Shown here: in pieces, positions 36,101 through 50,600 of the stretch
Layout: every line of letters begins with the position of its first letter
Position numbering within the stretch: position 1 is the stretch's first letter
Origin: Nemertoderma westbladi
Taxonomy: Eukaryota > Animalia > Xenacoelomorpha
Assembly (NCBI GenBank): GCA_032718475.1
Contig: JAUCBJ010008260.1
Coordinates: 1-64,000 of the forward strand
Length of the DNA: 64,000 nucleotides
Direction of reading: 5' to 3'
Program-made: the position numbers and the translations under genes
Notes under the pieces: generated by a model
What the model saw: the letters and a program-made list of their open reading frames with translations, nothing else
Told to the model about the DNA's origin: nothing
The model's database searches: none

Positions 36101-37699
36101 GATATTTTTATTTCCGTGTACTACAACTGTATATTTATTTTTATCTTTTGTAATATATGTAAATATTTATACTGTATATTTTTATCTACGCTATCGTTAG
36201 ATTCGATCTGATATTTTTATTTCCGTGTTCTACTGTATGTTTTTTCTTCAGCACTACACTGTCGACTGTTCTTTACTTTATTATTTAAATTAACCATTCA
36301 ATACGTTATTTTTATTTTCCTGCTTTCTGTAGGCCTATGTTTTTATCAGCCCTCTGTATACTATTGATTTTTAAATTACCATTGGATATACTGTATATTT
36401 TAATTAGATGCATTGGTCACTTTCTTTCAGATAATTCCGTTTGGTGTCTGTTTTTATTTTCTTCTGTGTCCGCTTAGCAACTGTGAGTGTACCTGGTTTT
36501 TACCGTAAGTGTACCTAGTTGTTTTTCTCCGGTGACAATTTTATTTCATTTTATAATATTTCACTGTGTTAATAATAATAATAATAATAAGAATAGTTAG
36601 GTTGATGGAGGAAGTGAGTAGTACAGCGGTACTGCTGCAGTGCTGTACAGCAGCTCTTACTGCAGCACTTCTATTACATTCTACTGTATTTCTGTAGCGC
36701 CGATGGCGCAACAAAGCGCAAATAATTTTGCTAATTTATTTCGTATTTCTAAAGCTATACTGGTTGTCAAAGCCGCTGATCACGATACAACTCGTTAAAA
36801 ATCATTCATGGTAACGCAACTATCATTTTGTCTGGTGGGATGAAAAAAACAAAGGATAAAATTTCAAACGGCAAAAGATCATGGTCACGTAAAATAGCCC
36901 AATATTGGACATTTGGATTAGTACTGCATCTGTTATGTATTGCGTGGTCAAATTGTGGCTGCCTTGCAGTCGTTTTTCTATGTAGATTAAATTGAATAAT
37001 TTTTCAACTATTTAAAAAAATGTTTTTTTTTTAAGAATGTGAGGTATTTACGAAGTTACAACAGTTTGAAACATGTGATTGATTTGTGGCTCGAATTGAT
37101 GTGGCTCCCAATTCTTATATTTTCTAAGTGCAGTTTAAGTCTAAAATACAAGATAATGTTAAACCTATTTCTCGCAGAAAATTTGCTTGAATAATTAATT
37201 TGTTTGAAAAAGTGACAATTTTGAGGTTTCCTGTATCCCTGAGCACAATATGTGGCTCCAAATCTATGAATAGCTCTATAGTACCACTCGTATTTCAATT
37301 ACATGTAATTTGTTAAAAAATTTGCAATTTTGTTATCACTATTTAATAATAATTTAGATATTTTCATTATAAGTGATTTAATTGCGGTGGCTTTGACAGT
37401 TACTTTGTTTCGACGTTGGGCCCTACTTCATTTTCTTAGATAAGAATTTATAATTTTCTTCCTTTTTTCAAAGTTTATAAACATTATACAGTACAACTTA
37501 ACTGGACGCTCAATACTAATTTGTTGAACTACAGTGTGTATAACTAACTTATTCCCTCGAACAGTGACTTCTTTGTGGCTCTCCTTCCTTCATATTCTTG
37601 TTAACTTTCAATGAAATTCGTGATTTATCCCAAAAAAAAAAAACTTTTGGCGATGAACCCATCAATTTGCCATCCTTATAATCAATGGTCACAAAAGCG

Positions 37700-38300
37700 G
37701 GAAATTCAAACCTATAAACATTTCATAAGTATATACAGTACTATCAAAACCCCCCAAAGGTCACTTAATTAAAAATATTGTTATCTTCATTTCTATTTGT
37801 AAGTGTGCGTATAATTAAATTAAACTTCTTTGTAAATCATTTTATAAGATTTTTTGTAGTTTATAGATTAAAATTTCAAAGTTTAAATACATATCGAAGC
37901 CGTCTGATCGTCACTTTTAATAAAAAATATTGTTTATTTTTTTCAAAATAAACACAGGAACAATTTTGCAACCTTTTGAGCGCACCCATTAAAGTTGTTT
38001 CAATTTTTCATATAAAACTTCAAAAACTTACCTGCCTATTGAACCTCCAAATCATCACATTTAATTAAAAATTTCGTTTTTTATCTTTTGGAAAATGTTG
38101 AAAGAACTATTTTTCTTTAATTCTTGTTCACCCACGAGTTTTTTTTGCAATTTATAGTCTAAAGTTTCGAAAGTTTAAGTTCATATTGAAACTGCCAAAT
38201 CGTCACAATTAATGAAAAATACTTTTTTTATCTTTTGTAATATGTTAAAAAACAATTTTGACAATGTTTTGGCGCACTTTGACGTATTATTTTTATTTTT
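37700..38300. repeat. Degenerate ~147-bp tandem repeat, ~4 units
   Basis: tcac..aattaaaaat landmarks at ~37760, 37910, 38053 and 38201. Confidence 0.5.
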
Positions 38301-41108
38301 TATTATTTATTAAGAATACCAGTTTGGTTTTATATATTTTTTTATATCAAAAAGAAACCACAAATACGTCCCATTTTCATTTAAAAGTGGATCACATTTA
38401 TATGCCACGAGAATGAACCCATTTAATGTTGCGGATTGACGTCGAGCGTGACGTGAGCATATTATATGTTGCATAAACTCTTTTATTTATATACGTGGCA
38501 AGACCCTCACCCCACCCAGTTCTTCCCTCCAGCCCCCTGGAGGCTCAACATATAACGAGAATGAACGGTATTTAATGTGCCCAAATACAGGAGTTTTATT
38601 TCCCTCCCAGAGAGTGACAGAGTCTGGGAGACGAATAAGTGGTTGGAGCTAACTTTACCTATTGAGCCACTTCTATACCACATTTTTCAAAAATTTATTT
38701 TCTAAATTGGTAAAATTAAATTGTCTTAGTAAACCGTGAAAATTGCAGGTCATAAAATGAAAAATTGTTCTTTCTATAAAGGTTTAAACAAAAAAGTGGA
38801 TTTTTTGGTACTTTTCAAATGTCCAATTTTATTTGACCATGATCAAAAATCGAATTTGTTTGGATAATACGATATTTTTTGAGTGTCATATTCGTGAATC
38901 AGCATCCCAGACAACCTGTACTTTCATAAAATCGGGTTGATTTGACGGTAATGGTTTTTGATTATCAAAATTACGTCCTACTTGTATTTTTCGTGCCGCA
39001 CATTGGGGAAAAATAAGATTTAAGAAAATACGGTAGTAAGCTTGTGGTGACAAATACTTGGCAAACAAATTGGAATGTTAATTATAGTTTATCGCAGGTA
39101 GGAGATATTTGAAAAATAAATAAATGGCAATATTTTAGGCATCTTTATTTAGTCAATGAAGTAAAAAACTGATAAAGAAATTACAAAAACAAAACTCACA
39201 ATCCCCAATACCAGAAGAAATTACGAATATTATCCACACCTGTGTGAGAAATTCTAACAATTGGTTTTAATTATTTTTATGATTAATTATTAAAAGTTAA
39301 TTAGAAACAGAATAAAGCACAATAGAGCTATATACCGGCACAACTCGATAACTTCGAATTAGAAAATGGCCAATATTGTTGCACAAAAAGTTGGATTTAC
39401 TGAATGATCAATAATTAATATGTAGAATAATAACTATTTATTACATTTAAAATAAATAAAGAATTATTTCCCGCAGACACCGATGTATAATGTACCGAGG
39501 GAGCGAGGTCATATCAATGGAAGAAATGAAATAAAGCCATTTATTTTTCATATAATACAATACGTAATTTGTAGTCTTAAAATTGCCTTTCTTCCTATAT
39601 CCCTGATAACTTTATACATATAACGGTACCAGAACTCATTAGGTACAGGTACCGTTACTAACTACACCTGTACTACTGTGCTGCAATGTACCGGTATTAT
39701 TAACACCGGTTGTTAACCAAGTGCTGATTGTTATCTGCAGTATAAACTGCAAGGTTACTGACCACTGAATACAGAATACTTGCTGCATAGCGCTGCGGTC
39801 ACTTTATCTACAATTTTACTCAATACCTTACTTTTTATCTACTTTATCTCCAGGACTATAAAGTAAGAGTAATTAACCTGTATTTCTATTGGGCTCTTTG
39901 TCTCCCACTGGAAGTTATTCAGCAATTTTAAATTCAGAAACTTCACCTAAAAAGCGACAAGGTCAGGATAGGAAAGCAATTTTAAGAATCAATTGAATGC
40001 TGATGACAGAAAAAGCAAAAAACATTGACATTGCGAACTGCCAATTCTATAATATTATAAGCCATTAAAAACATGAGCTGTGAATTAATTAATATTATTT
40101 AGAAAGAAGCAACAATAATTACTATACGGCGGTCTCTTCTTGAGTGTAAGCAACTTTAAATTGGTACAATACCAGGTATTCGGATTAAAATAGGAATTAA
40201 AACAACAAATATCGTAAAGAATTAGCTTCTTTTGATGTAAATATTGTTTAATCTTCTTTTAGAAAAAAAAATGAATATTGCACATTTAATAAATGGCACA
40301 ATCTATGATTCATGTAAATAGAAATAGGTTGTGTGTGGCAGAGATAACTTTAATTTGTTTAAAAAAAAACATGTAATGATACGCAAAATTTCAATTCCGT
40401 TAAAACAATATTATTAAATCTCGCTTAAAAACACAACAATTAAATAAATATATAATTTTAAATGGGCAAATAAATATATAATAATAATAATATTCTATAA
40501 ATATACTGTACAATAGCTGGGATAATTGAATTGTTTAAAATATACATGATAAAGTAACTTATTTATACAGAAGTACTGTAAGTACGGACCGTAGGTATGT
40601 ATTATTATATATTGTGAATTATATTTCTGTAATTTTATATTTTATGTGGCTGACTATTTATTTAGGATGAACAAAAAAAGATTTATTTACCTAATCTGTC
40701 ATTGTGTTATATAAACTAATCGTTTTTTTTTATTCATTGTTACTGTCATTTAAACAAACAACCACGTTATAAAATATATAAAAGGCACAGATTTTAAAAA
40801 TTGAAATTACTTAATATTTATCATTATCAATAAAATAATATTAAATAAAATTAGTAAATAAAATTAAATATTATAAATCCTGAATTAATATTACGTTTCT
40901 AGAGTCTAAATGGCCTCTGATCGGGTTTTCTACAGTTTCGCCACTTTAGAAATGAATCCAATTCAACCTCATAACCGAACATAACGTAATTAGGTGTAAA
41001 ATCGTATCAAACACACTACCGGAAGTGCACCAACCGGAAGTGCTATATAACAATAGATAGGTAGATTTATTCGGCAGTGATTCATTCGATTTAATCCCAA
41101 GTTAGGCC

Positions 41109-41288
41109 TCAGGAATGTAACCAGTACGTCGGTACCCATTGGGGTTTGGTTTCTAGTTTTTGCACCGCCGATATCAGCTGTTTCAGACAGACATTGGTAT
41201 CACTGTGTCTCAGTACTAAGTCGAACATGTGGCCGTACTTTTCTTCCAACTCGTTCGCCGTCGCTATTATATGTCTAATATTCTCATC
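41109..41288 (-). CDS. MPP5: MPP5/PALS1-like MAGUK, last exon (end of GUK domain)
   Basis: DENIRHII..EEKYGHMFD..KLETKPQWVPTYWLHS*; acceptor ttccag|GAT. Confidence 0.9.
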   Translation of the reverse strand, partial: DENIRHIIATANELEEKYGHMFDLVLRHSDTNVCLKQLISAVQKLETKPQWVPTYWLHS

Positions 41289-42355
41289 CTGGAACACAAA
41301 ATAAGTTAAATACTTTCTATAAATATTTTCACATCCACAGATTGAGTAAATAAATATAATTATAATGTAAAGTTTAAAGACGAATTTGGGATGGGGATGG
41401 GACAACCCTTTTGTTTTATTTGTTTTAAGTTATTACTAACAAACTCAATTTACTTCAAAGTCTTATAATATAGCACTTTATATGATTACAGTGAGAGTTT
41501 TGAGCAAAGTGCTATAGCGACAATTGTATGACATGATTACTGAAATCCTATCAAATGATCCATTAATATATTCATTAATGATACATATAACATAATATAA
41601 TGAATAAAGAACGTGTTAGAATGGATTATAACTTTATCAACTACAATTTTGTAGTTGGTAATTGTAAAAGTTTATGCGTCCTTCAATGCACATTTAAATT
41701 GCCTCCAAGCTCTGTCCCCTACTCTGGCCGCGTTATCCATTGGAAAACTCATAAACCAATGTATTTTTCATTTTCTAAATTCTGAATTTCTTTGTCAATC
41801 GTGGATTCTACAAATGGCAACTGCTGATTGGTTGTTGATCAGCAACGAGTATAAGGGCCTGAGATAGTCACATTGCACAGTAGCAGGCTTCTGCTGTATT
41901 GTAATTTATGTAATTATTGTTTGTGGTATCCTAAATATATCAAGATATTTGGAGGCATACTAATATTGGATAACCTCGAATTGTTTGTTCTTCACAGTGA
42001 ATTCTAGTCGATTGAGTTCAAACCTTCTGTTTCAATGCATTGGTGTGGAGTGGATGTGCTATATACTGTAGGCCTATTATTTTGTAGCCCCAACTGGTAG
42101 AAATTCATATAAACGTTATTCCTGAACAAATTACCCAAAGTCAGCAGTTTGTGTCCAACAGTGTATTTGTATTGCAGCCAGAGTTTATATTCCATGTCCC
42201 TAAAGGACATGACCGCTGTGATCTCTCTTAGCATAATGTTGCGATTGCCATAAGACAAACCTGTTTGATATCTTGAGCACGACACCCTGAACGGAGCTGT
42301 TAGTGCATTCCCTGTAAGCTCGTATTATTGTCAGGAATAATATTATTGCGAGAAT

Positions 42356-43549
42356 TACTACTACTAGGTCGAGCGAACTCGGACAGTGGAAATGAGATCC
42401 TTCCAGGCTTCCCGATTCTCCATAGTTGTCGCAATTTCGTTTCTCCCAAGTTCAGTATCCCTTTCAAGTTGATCTATATATGTTATGGCAGGTCGTCCAC
42501 GACTACGCTTTCCATGAGTTGGTTGCCAGAGAAGTAGATCTGGTATTACCTCGTCTTTACTTCGCCAGCAGTGCCAACTGAATCTTAATCTGCGTTCACG
42601 GAGGGTGGTTGATACAGGTGGTATTGTACCATAAAGCTCGGCGTTTGTCATGTGTTGTCTCCAGCTGATGTTTAGGGCTGCCTGTAGTCTTGTAGTCTTG
42701 TGTAGCAACCATCAATTCGTTGTTCAAGTGATTTAGTCAGTGTCCAGGTCTCACCCCCGTATAAAAATACACTTTCCACTGTGGCTCGAAAGAACTTAGT
42801 CTTCAGGTGCCTGGAGAGATCTGATTTCCAGATGGTATCCATTTTTGATAGAGCTACCCAAGCCTTTGCTTTCCTAACTTCTATGTCCTTTTTGCTACTC
42901 TCTATCCATGATCCAAGGTACTGGAAGTCATCGACCTTCCTTAGTTGATTATTATCAATGGTTGTCAAGTTTCCATCAACATTAAAGGTCATGAATTCGG
43001 TCTTGGTAGCATTTATATACAATCCAACCTCCTTAGCAGCCCTCTCCACTTTATTTAGTAGAAGCTGTGCATCTGCTAGCGTATTAGAGAGCAGGGCGAT
43101 GTCATCCGCAAAGTCGGTGTCTGTGACTGTAGTTGCCGGATATCTACTACTTCTGCGTTCTTGAAGTGTGAATTCCAGATCTTCACCCTTTGTGGCCGTC
43201 CTCATTGCGTAATCCAGCACAATTACAAATAGTAATGGTGCTAATGTGTCACCTTGCAGTACGCCAGCCGGGATTGAGAAAAACTGCGCTTCTGTGTCAC
43301 AATATAACAATCCAATGCCAGCAACAATTACTTCTGGTATTCCATAAGCTCTTAGGATTTCAAGCATTTTACCTCTATGGATGGAGTCGAATGCCTTCTT
43401 GAAGTCCACAAAAGTCATGACTGCGGGGACATTGTTTGACTTAATTCCTTCAATCAGTCTCCGTAGTGCAAGTATCTGAGCTATTGTTGATCTACTTGGT
43501 CGAAATCCGTTTTGGCTCTTACGCAGTAGTTTCTCTATGTGAGGCCTAA
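42356..43549 (-). mobile_element. 5'-truncated RTE-clade LINE in the last MAGUK intron, with (TAG)n tail
   Basis: FVDFKKAFDSIHR, GVLQGDTLAP, DFADDIALL, FQYLGSW, RERRLRF; frameshift from an 8-nt duplication (tgtagtct) near 42683-42698. Confidence 0.93.
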
Positions 43550-43826
43550 TCTATACCTATAAAAATCAAATTCTGTCTGTCTCTCTCTCTCTCTCTCTGT
43601 GTTCGAACTCCTCCAAAACGGGCAGAGGGATTGCGCTGGAACTTGGCATGTGTGTATAACATTAACCAGCGGTCGTCATAGGCCACTTTTCGAAAAGTTT
43701 AATTCACGTTCGGTACCGGTACTGGGTACCGGTACGTCAGTAGGCCTATACCGTTACCAGTACGTCAGTAGGCCTATGCCGGTAGCGGGAAATACCGGGT
43801 AACATGCCTCGGGTATAGCCTGCTAG
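43550..43826 (+). mobile_element. Non-autonomous Helitron
   Basis: A|TC start (tctatacctataaaa), CT microsatellite, subterminal hairpin accgggtaacatgcctcgggt, CTAG|T end. Confidence 0.75.
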
Positions 43827-44151
43827 TATGATATAAACACTAAACATATATGTAGTACTGTACTGTGTGGCTAAGTTAATATGATATAAACATTAAACAT
43901 ACAGTACTGTGTAGATTAGACCTGGCTAGTCCTATATAAAATCATTTTATTGTATATTTTGGCAGCTACCACAAGCAGACAGATCCCACTTCGACTGAAA
44001 TTAATCGACTGAAAACCCTGGGACCTATTGTATAGACTACCTTTGGGTCATTCGCCGCGCGAGTTTGATTTATATTTTGAAAAAAACTGGTAAATTTTAC
44101 TAAGAATTCCAATGTTACACAAATTGTTTGTTAGTAAAATTGTGAACTTAC

Positions 44152-44262
44152 CCCCATGGCTTCACCCGCTCGAGCTCGTAACAACTTCAACTCAGTGAAA
44201 CTAGGGGGCGCTATGTAGACAAAGAAAGGCATCAAATCGGTCGACTTTAGTTTCTTCATCGA
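44152..44262 (-). CDS. MPP5: MPP5-like exon (GUK), absent from the ORF track
   Basis: ttttttcag|SMKKLKSTDLMPFFVYIAPPSFTELKLLRARAGEAMG|gtaagt, phase 0/0. Confidence 0.88.
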
Positions 44263-44678
44263 CTGAAAAAATGAGTCGGAAATCAGATGAAATTAAATGT
44301 GAAAAACGTAAATTAGAATGAAACGCGATGGTGAAAACTAATAGAGAAATATAATCATAACCTACATAATTAATTAAAAATAACAAAATTAAATAAATTA
44401 TATAAATTTTAATTTGTAATAAAAATTAAAATTATTTAAATGAATTTAAATTTAATAATGATAGGCCGAAATATAAATATAATAAATGTGATCAAAACCA
44501 AATAATGTGCAAATGATTTATATTATTTTTTATGCTTATTTTATGTTACAATAATAATTAGTGATGAATAATATGGCACAAGTTTATGATTATTTAAAAA
44601 CAAAATAATATTATTGCAAATTATTAAAAACATAATATATTTTTCCATGTACGTGTAGATTAATAATACGCATTATAT

Positions 44679-47600
44679 TTTTACCTCTGGGTTTAGGATA
44701 ATAAAGCTTTATACTGACCTCGGGCTCGGAGTTCAGGTAAATAAAGCTTTATATTGACCTCCGGGTTTAGATTAATAAAACTCTACTCCATAGCTCTATA
44801 TTTACCTCTGTGATTATGTTAAATAAAGCTCTATATTTACCTCTGGGTTTATGTAAATAAAGCTCTATATTTACCTCTGGGTTTATGTAAATAAAGCTCT
44901 ATATTTACCTCTGTGATTATGTTAAAAAAAGCTCTATATTTACCTCTGGTTTTATGTAAATAAAGCTCTATATTTACCTCTGGGTTTATGTAAATAAAGC
45001 TCTATATTTACCTCTGGGTTTATGTAAATAAAGCTCTATATTTACCTCTGGGTTTATGTAAATAAAGCTCTATATTTACCTCTGGGTTTATGTAAATAAA
45101 GCTCTATATTTACCTCTGGATATATATAAATAAAGCTCTATATTTACCTCTGGATTTAGGTAAATAAAGCTCTATATTTACCTCTGGGTTTATGCAAATA
45201 AAGCTCTATATTTACCTCTGGGTTTATGTAAATAAAGCTTTATAATTACCTCTGGGTTTATGTAAATAAAGCTTTATATTTACCTCTGGGTTTAGGTAAA
45301 TAAAGCTCTACATTTACCTCTGGGTTTAGGTAAATAAAGCTCTACATTTACCTCTGGGTTTATGTAAATAAAGCTTTATATTTACCTCTGGGTTTATGTA
45401 AATAAAGCTTTATATTTACCTCGGAGTTTAGGTAAATAAAGCTCTATATTTACCTCTGGATTTAGGTAAATAAAGCTCTATATTTACCTCTGGATTTAGG
45501 TAAATAAAGCTCTATATTTACCTCTGGATATATATAAATAAAGCTCTATATTTACCTCTGGATTTAGGTAAATAAAGCTCTACATTTACCTCTGGGTTTA
45601 GGTAAATAAAGCTCTACATTTACCTCTGGGTTTATGTAAATAAAGCTTTATATTTACCTCTGGGTTTATGTAAATAAAGCTTTATATTTACCTCGGAGTT
45701 TAGGTAAATAAAGCTCTATATTTACCTCTGGATTTAGGTAAATAAAGCTCTATATTTACCTCTGGTTTTATGTAAATAAAGCTCTATATTTACCTCTGGG
45801 TTTATGTAAATAAAGCTCTATATTTACCTCTGGGTTTATGTAAATAAAGCTCTATATTTACCTCTGGATTTAGGTAAATAAAGCTCTACATTTACCTCTG
45901 GGTTTATGTAAATAAAGCTCTATAATTACCTCTGGGTTTAGGTAAATAAAGCTCTACATTTACCTCTGGGTTTATGTAAATAAAGCTCTATATTTACCTC
46001 TGGATTTAGGTAAATAAAGCTCTATATTTACCTCTGGGTTTAGGTAAATAAAGCTCTATATTTACCTCTGGGTTTATGTAAATAAAGCTCTATATTTACC
46101 TCTGGGTTTATATAAATAAAGCTCTATATTTACCTCTGGATTTAGGTAAATAAAGCTCTATATTTACCTCTGGGTTTAGGTAAATAAAGCTCTACATTTA
46201 CCTCTGGGTTTATGTAAATAAAGCTCTATATTTACCTCTGGATTTAGGTAAATAAAGCTCTACATTTACCTCTGGGTTTATGTAAATAAAGCTCTATATT
46301 TACCTCTGACCTCTGGGTTTATGTAAATAAAGCTCTATATTTACCTCTGGGTTTAGGTAAATAAAGCTCTATATTTACCTCTGGGTTTATGTAAATAAAG
46401 CTCTATATTTACCTCTGGGTTTATGTAAATAAAGCTCTATATTTACCTCTGGGTTTATGTAAATAAAGCTCTACATTTACCTCTGGGTTTATGTAAAAAA
46501 AAGCTCTATATTTACCTCTGGGTTTATATAAATAAAGCTCTATATTTACCTCTGGGTTTATGTAAATAAAGCTCTATATTTACCTCTGGGTTTATGTAAA
46601 TAAAGCTCTATATTTACCTCTGGGTTTATGTAAATAAAGCTCTATATTTACCTCTGGGTTTAGGTAAATAAAGCTCTATATTTACCTCTGGGTTTATGTA
46701 AATAAAGCTCTATATTTACCTCTGGGTTTATGTAAATAAAGCTCTATATTTACCTCTGGGTTTATGTAAATAAAGCTCTATATTTACCTCTGGGTTTAGG
46801 TAAATAAAGCTCTATATTTACCTCTGGGTTTATGTAAATAAAGCTCTATATTTACCTCTGGGTTTATGTAAATAAAGCTCTATATTTACCTCTGGGTTTA
46901 TGTAAATAAAGCTCTATATTTACCTCTGGGTTTAGGTAAATAAAGCTCTACATTTACCTCTGGGTTTATGTAAATAAAGCTCTATATTTACCTCTGGGTT
47001 TAGGTAAATAAAGCTCTATATTTACCTCTGGGTTTATGTAAATAAAGCTCTATATTTACCTCTGGGTTTATATAAATAAAGCTCTATATTTACCTCTGGA
47101 TTTAGGTAAATAAAGCTCTACATTTACCTCTGGGTTTATGTAAATAAAGCTCTACATTTACCTCTGGGTTTATGTAAATAAAGCTCTATATTTACCTCTG
47201 GGTTTAGGTAAATAAAGCTCTATATTTACCTCTGGGTTTATGTAAATAAAGCTCTATATTTACCTCTGGGTTTATGTAAATAAAGCTCTATATTTACCTC
47301 TGGATTTAGGTAAATAAAGCTCTATATTTACCTCTGGGTTTAGGTAAATAAAGCTCTATATTTACCTCTGGGTTTATGTAAATAAAGCTCTATATTTACC
47401 TCTGGGTTTATATAAATAAAGCTCTATATTTACCTCTGGATTTAGGTAAATAAAGCTCTATATTTACCTCTGGGTTTAGGTAAATAAAGCTCTATATTTA
47501 CCTCTGGGTTTATGTAAATAAAGCTCTATATTTACCTCTGGGTTTATATAAGTAAAGCTCTATATTTACCTCTGGATTTAGGTAAATAAAGCTCTATATT

Positions 47601-50600
47601 TACCTCTGGGTTTATGTAAATAAAGCTCTATATTTACCTCTGGATTTAGGTAAATAAAGCTCTATATTTACCTCTGGGTTTAGGTAAATAAAGCTCTATA
47701 TTTACCTCTGGGTTTATGTAAATAAAGCTCTATATTTACCTCTGGGTTTATATAAATAAAGCTCTATATTTACCTCTGGGTTTATGTAAATAAAGCTCTA
47801 TATTTACCTCTGGTTTTATGTAAATAAAGCTCTATATTTACCTCTGGGTTTATATAAATAAAGCTCTATATTTACCTCTGGATTTAGGTAAATAAAGCTC
47901 TATATTTACCTCTGGGTTTATGTAAATAAAGCTCTATATTTACCTCTGGGTTTAGGTAAATAAAGCTCTATATTTACCTCTGGGTTTATGTAAATAAAGC
48001 TCTATATTTACCTCTGGGTTTATATAAATAAAGCTCTATATTTACCTCTGGGTTTATGTAAATAAAGCTCTATATTTACCTCTGGGTTTATGTAAATAAA
48101 GCTCTATATTTACCTCTGGGTTTATATAAATAAAGCTCTATATTGACCTCTGGGTTTATGTAAATAAAGCTCTATAATTACCTCTGGTTTTATGTAAATA
48201 AAGCTCTATATTTACCTCTGGGTTTATATAAATAACGCTCTATATTTACCTCTGGGTTTATGTAAATAAAGCTCTATATTTACCTCTGGGTTTATGTAAA
48301 AAAAAGCTCTATATTTACCTCTGGGTTTATATAAATAAAGCTCTATATTTACCTCTGGGTTTATGTAAATAAAGCTCTATATTTACCTCTGGGTTTATGT
48401 AAATAAAGCTCTAAATTTACCTCTGGGTTTATGTAAATAAAGCTCTATATTTACCTCTGGATTTAGGTAAATAAAGCTCTATATTTACCTCTGGGTTTAT
48501 GTAAATAAAGCTCTATATTTACCTCTGGGTTTATGTAAATAAAGCTTTATAATTACCTCTGGGTTTATGTAAATAAAGCTTTATATTTACCTCTGGGTTT
48601 AGGTAAATAAAGCTCTACATTTACCTCTGGGTTTAGGTAAATAAAGCTCTACATTTACCTCTGGGTTTATGTAAATAAAGCTTTATATTTACCTCTGGGT
48701 TTATGTAAATAAAGCTTTATATTTACCTCGGAGTTTAGGTAAATAAAGCTCTATATTTACCTCTGGATTTAGGTAAATAAAGCTCTATATTTACCTCTGG
48801 ATTTAGGTAAATAAAGCTCTATATTTACCTCTGGATATATATAAATAAAGCTCTATATTTACCTCTGGATTTAGGTAAATAAAGCTCTACATTTACCTCT
48901 GGGTTTAGGTAAATAAAGCTCTACATTTACCTCTGGGTTTATGTAAATAAAGCTTTATATTTACCTCTGGGTTTATGTAAATAAAGCTTTATATTTACCT
49001 CGGAGTTTAGGTAAATAAAGCTCTATATTTACCTCTGGATTTAGGTAAATAAAGCTCTATATTTACCTCTGGTTTTATGTAAATAAAGCTCTATATTTAC
49101 CTCTGGGTTTATGTAAATAAAGCTCTATATTTACCTCTGGGTTTATGTAAATAAAGCTCTATATTTACCTCTGGATTTAGGTAAATAAAGCTCTACATTT
49201 ACCTCTGGGTTTATGTAAATAAAGCTCTATAATTACCTCTGGGTTTAGGTAAATAAAGCTCTACATTTACCTCTGGGTTTATGTAAATAAAGCTCTATAT
49301 TTACCTCTGGATTTAGGTAAATAAAGCTCTATATTTACCTCTGGGTTTAGGTAAATAAAGCTCTATATTTACCTCTGGGTTTATGTAAATAAAGCTCTAT
49401 ATTTACCTCTGGGTTTATATAAATAAAGCTCTATATTTACCTCTGGATTTAGGTAAATAAAGCTCTATATTTACCTCTGGGTTTAGGTAAATAAAGCTCT
49501 ACATTTACCTCTGGGTTTATGTAAATAAAGCTCTATATTTACCTCTGGATTTAGGTAAATAAAGCTCTACATTTACCTCTGGGTTTATGTAAATAAAGCT
49601 CTATATTTACCTCTGGGTTTATGTAAATAAAGCTCTATATTTACCTCTGGGTTTAGGTAAATAAAGCTCTATATTTACCTCTGGGTTTATGTAAATAAAG
49701 CTCTATATTTACCTCTGGGTTTATGTAAATAAAGCTCTATATTTACCTCTGGGTTTATGTAAATAAAGCTCTACATTTACCTCTGGGTTTATGTAAAAAA
49801 AAGCTCTATATTTACCTCTGGGTTTATATAAATAAAGCTCTATATTTACCTCTGGGTTTATGTAAATAAAGCTCTATATTTACCTCTGGGTTTATGTAAA
49901 TAAAGCTCTATATTTACCTCTGGGTTTATGTAAATAAAGCTCTATATTTACCTCTGGGTTTAGGTAAATAAAGCTCTATATTTACCTCTGGGTTTATGTA
50001 AATAAAGCTCTATATTTACCTCTGGGTTTATGTAAATAAAGCTCTATATTTACCTCTGGGTTTATGTAAATAAAGCTCTATATTTACCTCTGGGTTTAGG
50101 TAAATAAAGCTCTATATTTACCTCTGGGTTTATGTAAATAAAGCTCTATATTTACCTCTGGGTTTATGTAAATAAAGCTCTATATTTACCTCTGGGTTTA
50201 TGTAAATAAAGCTCTATATTTACCTCTGGGTTTAGGTAAATAAAGCTCTACATTTACCTCTGGGTTTATGTAAATAAAGCTCTATATTTACCTCTGGGTT
50301 TAGGTAAATAAAGCTCTATATTTACCTCTGGGTTTATGTAAATAAAGCTCTATATTTACCTCTGGGTTTATATAAATAAAGCTCTATATTTACCTCTGGA
50401 TTTAGGTAAATAAAGCTCTACATTTACCTCTGGGTTTATGTAAATAAAGCTCTACATTTACCTCTGGGTTTATGTAAATAAAGCTCTATATTTACCTCTG
50501 GGTTTAGGTAAATAAAGCTCTATATTTACCTCTGGGTTTATGTAAATAAAGCTCTATATTTACCTCTGGGTTTATGTAAATAAAGCTCTATATTTACCTC

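Noticed and set aside
39830-39870. Plus-strand ctccag|gactataaa|gtaaga microexon-like signal
   Set aside because: No plus-strand host gene identified nearby
41018-41043. Two accggaagtg ETS/GABP-like sites
   Set aside because: They lie in the MAGUK 3'UTR, 6.4 kb from NDUFV2; a promoter role cannot be supported from sequence alone
42364-43418. Active retrotransposon or domesticated RT gene
   Set aside because: 5'-truncated, no endonuclease domain, with an internal deletion and a frameshift
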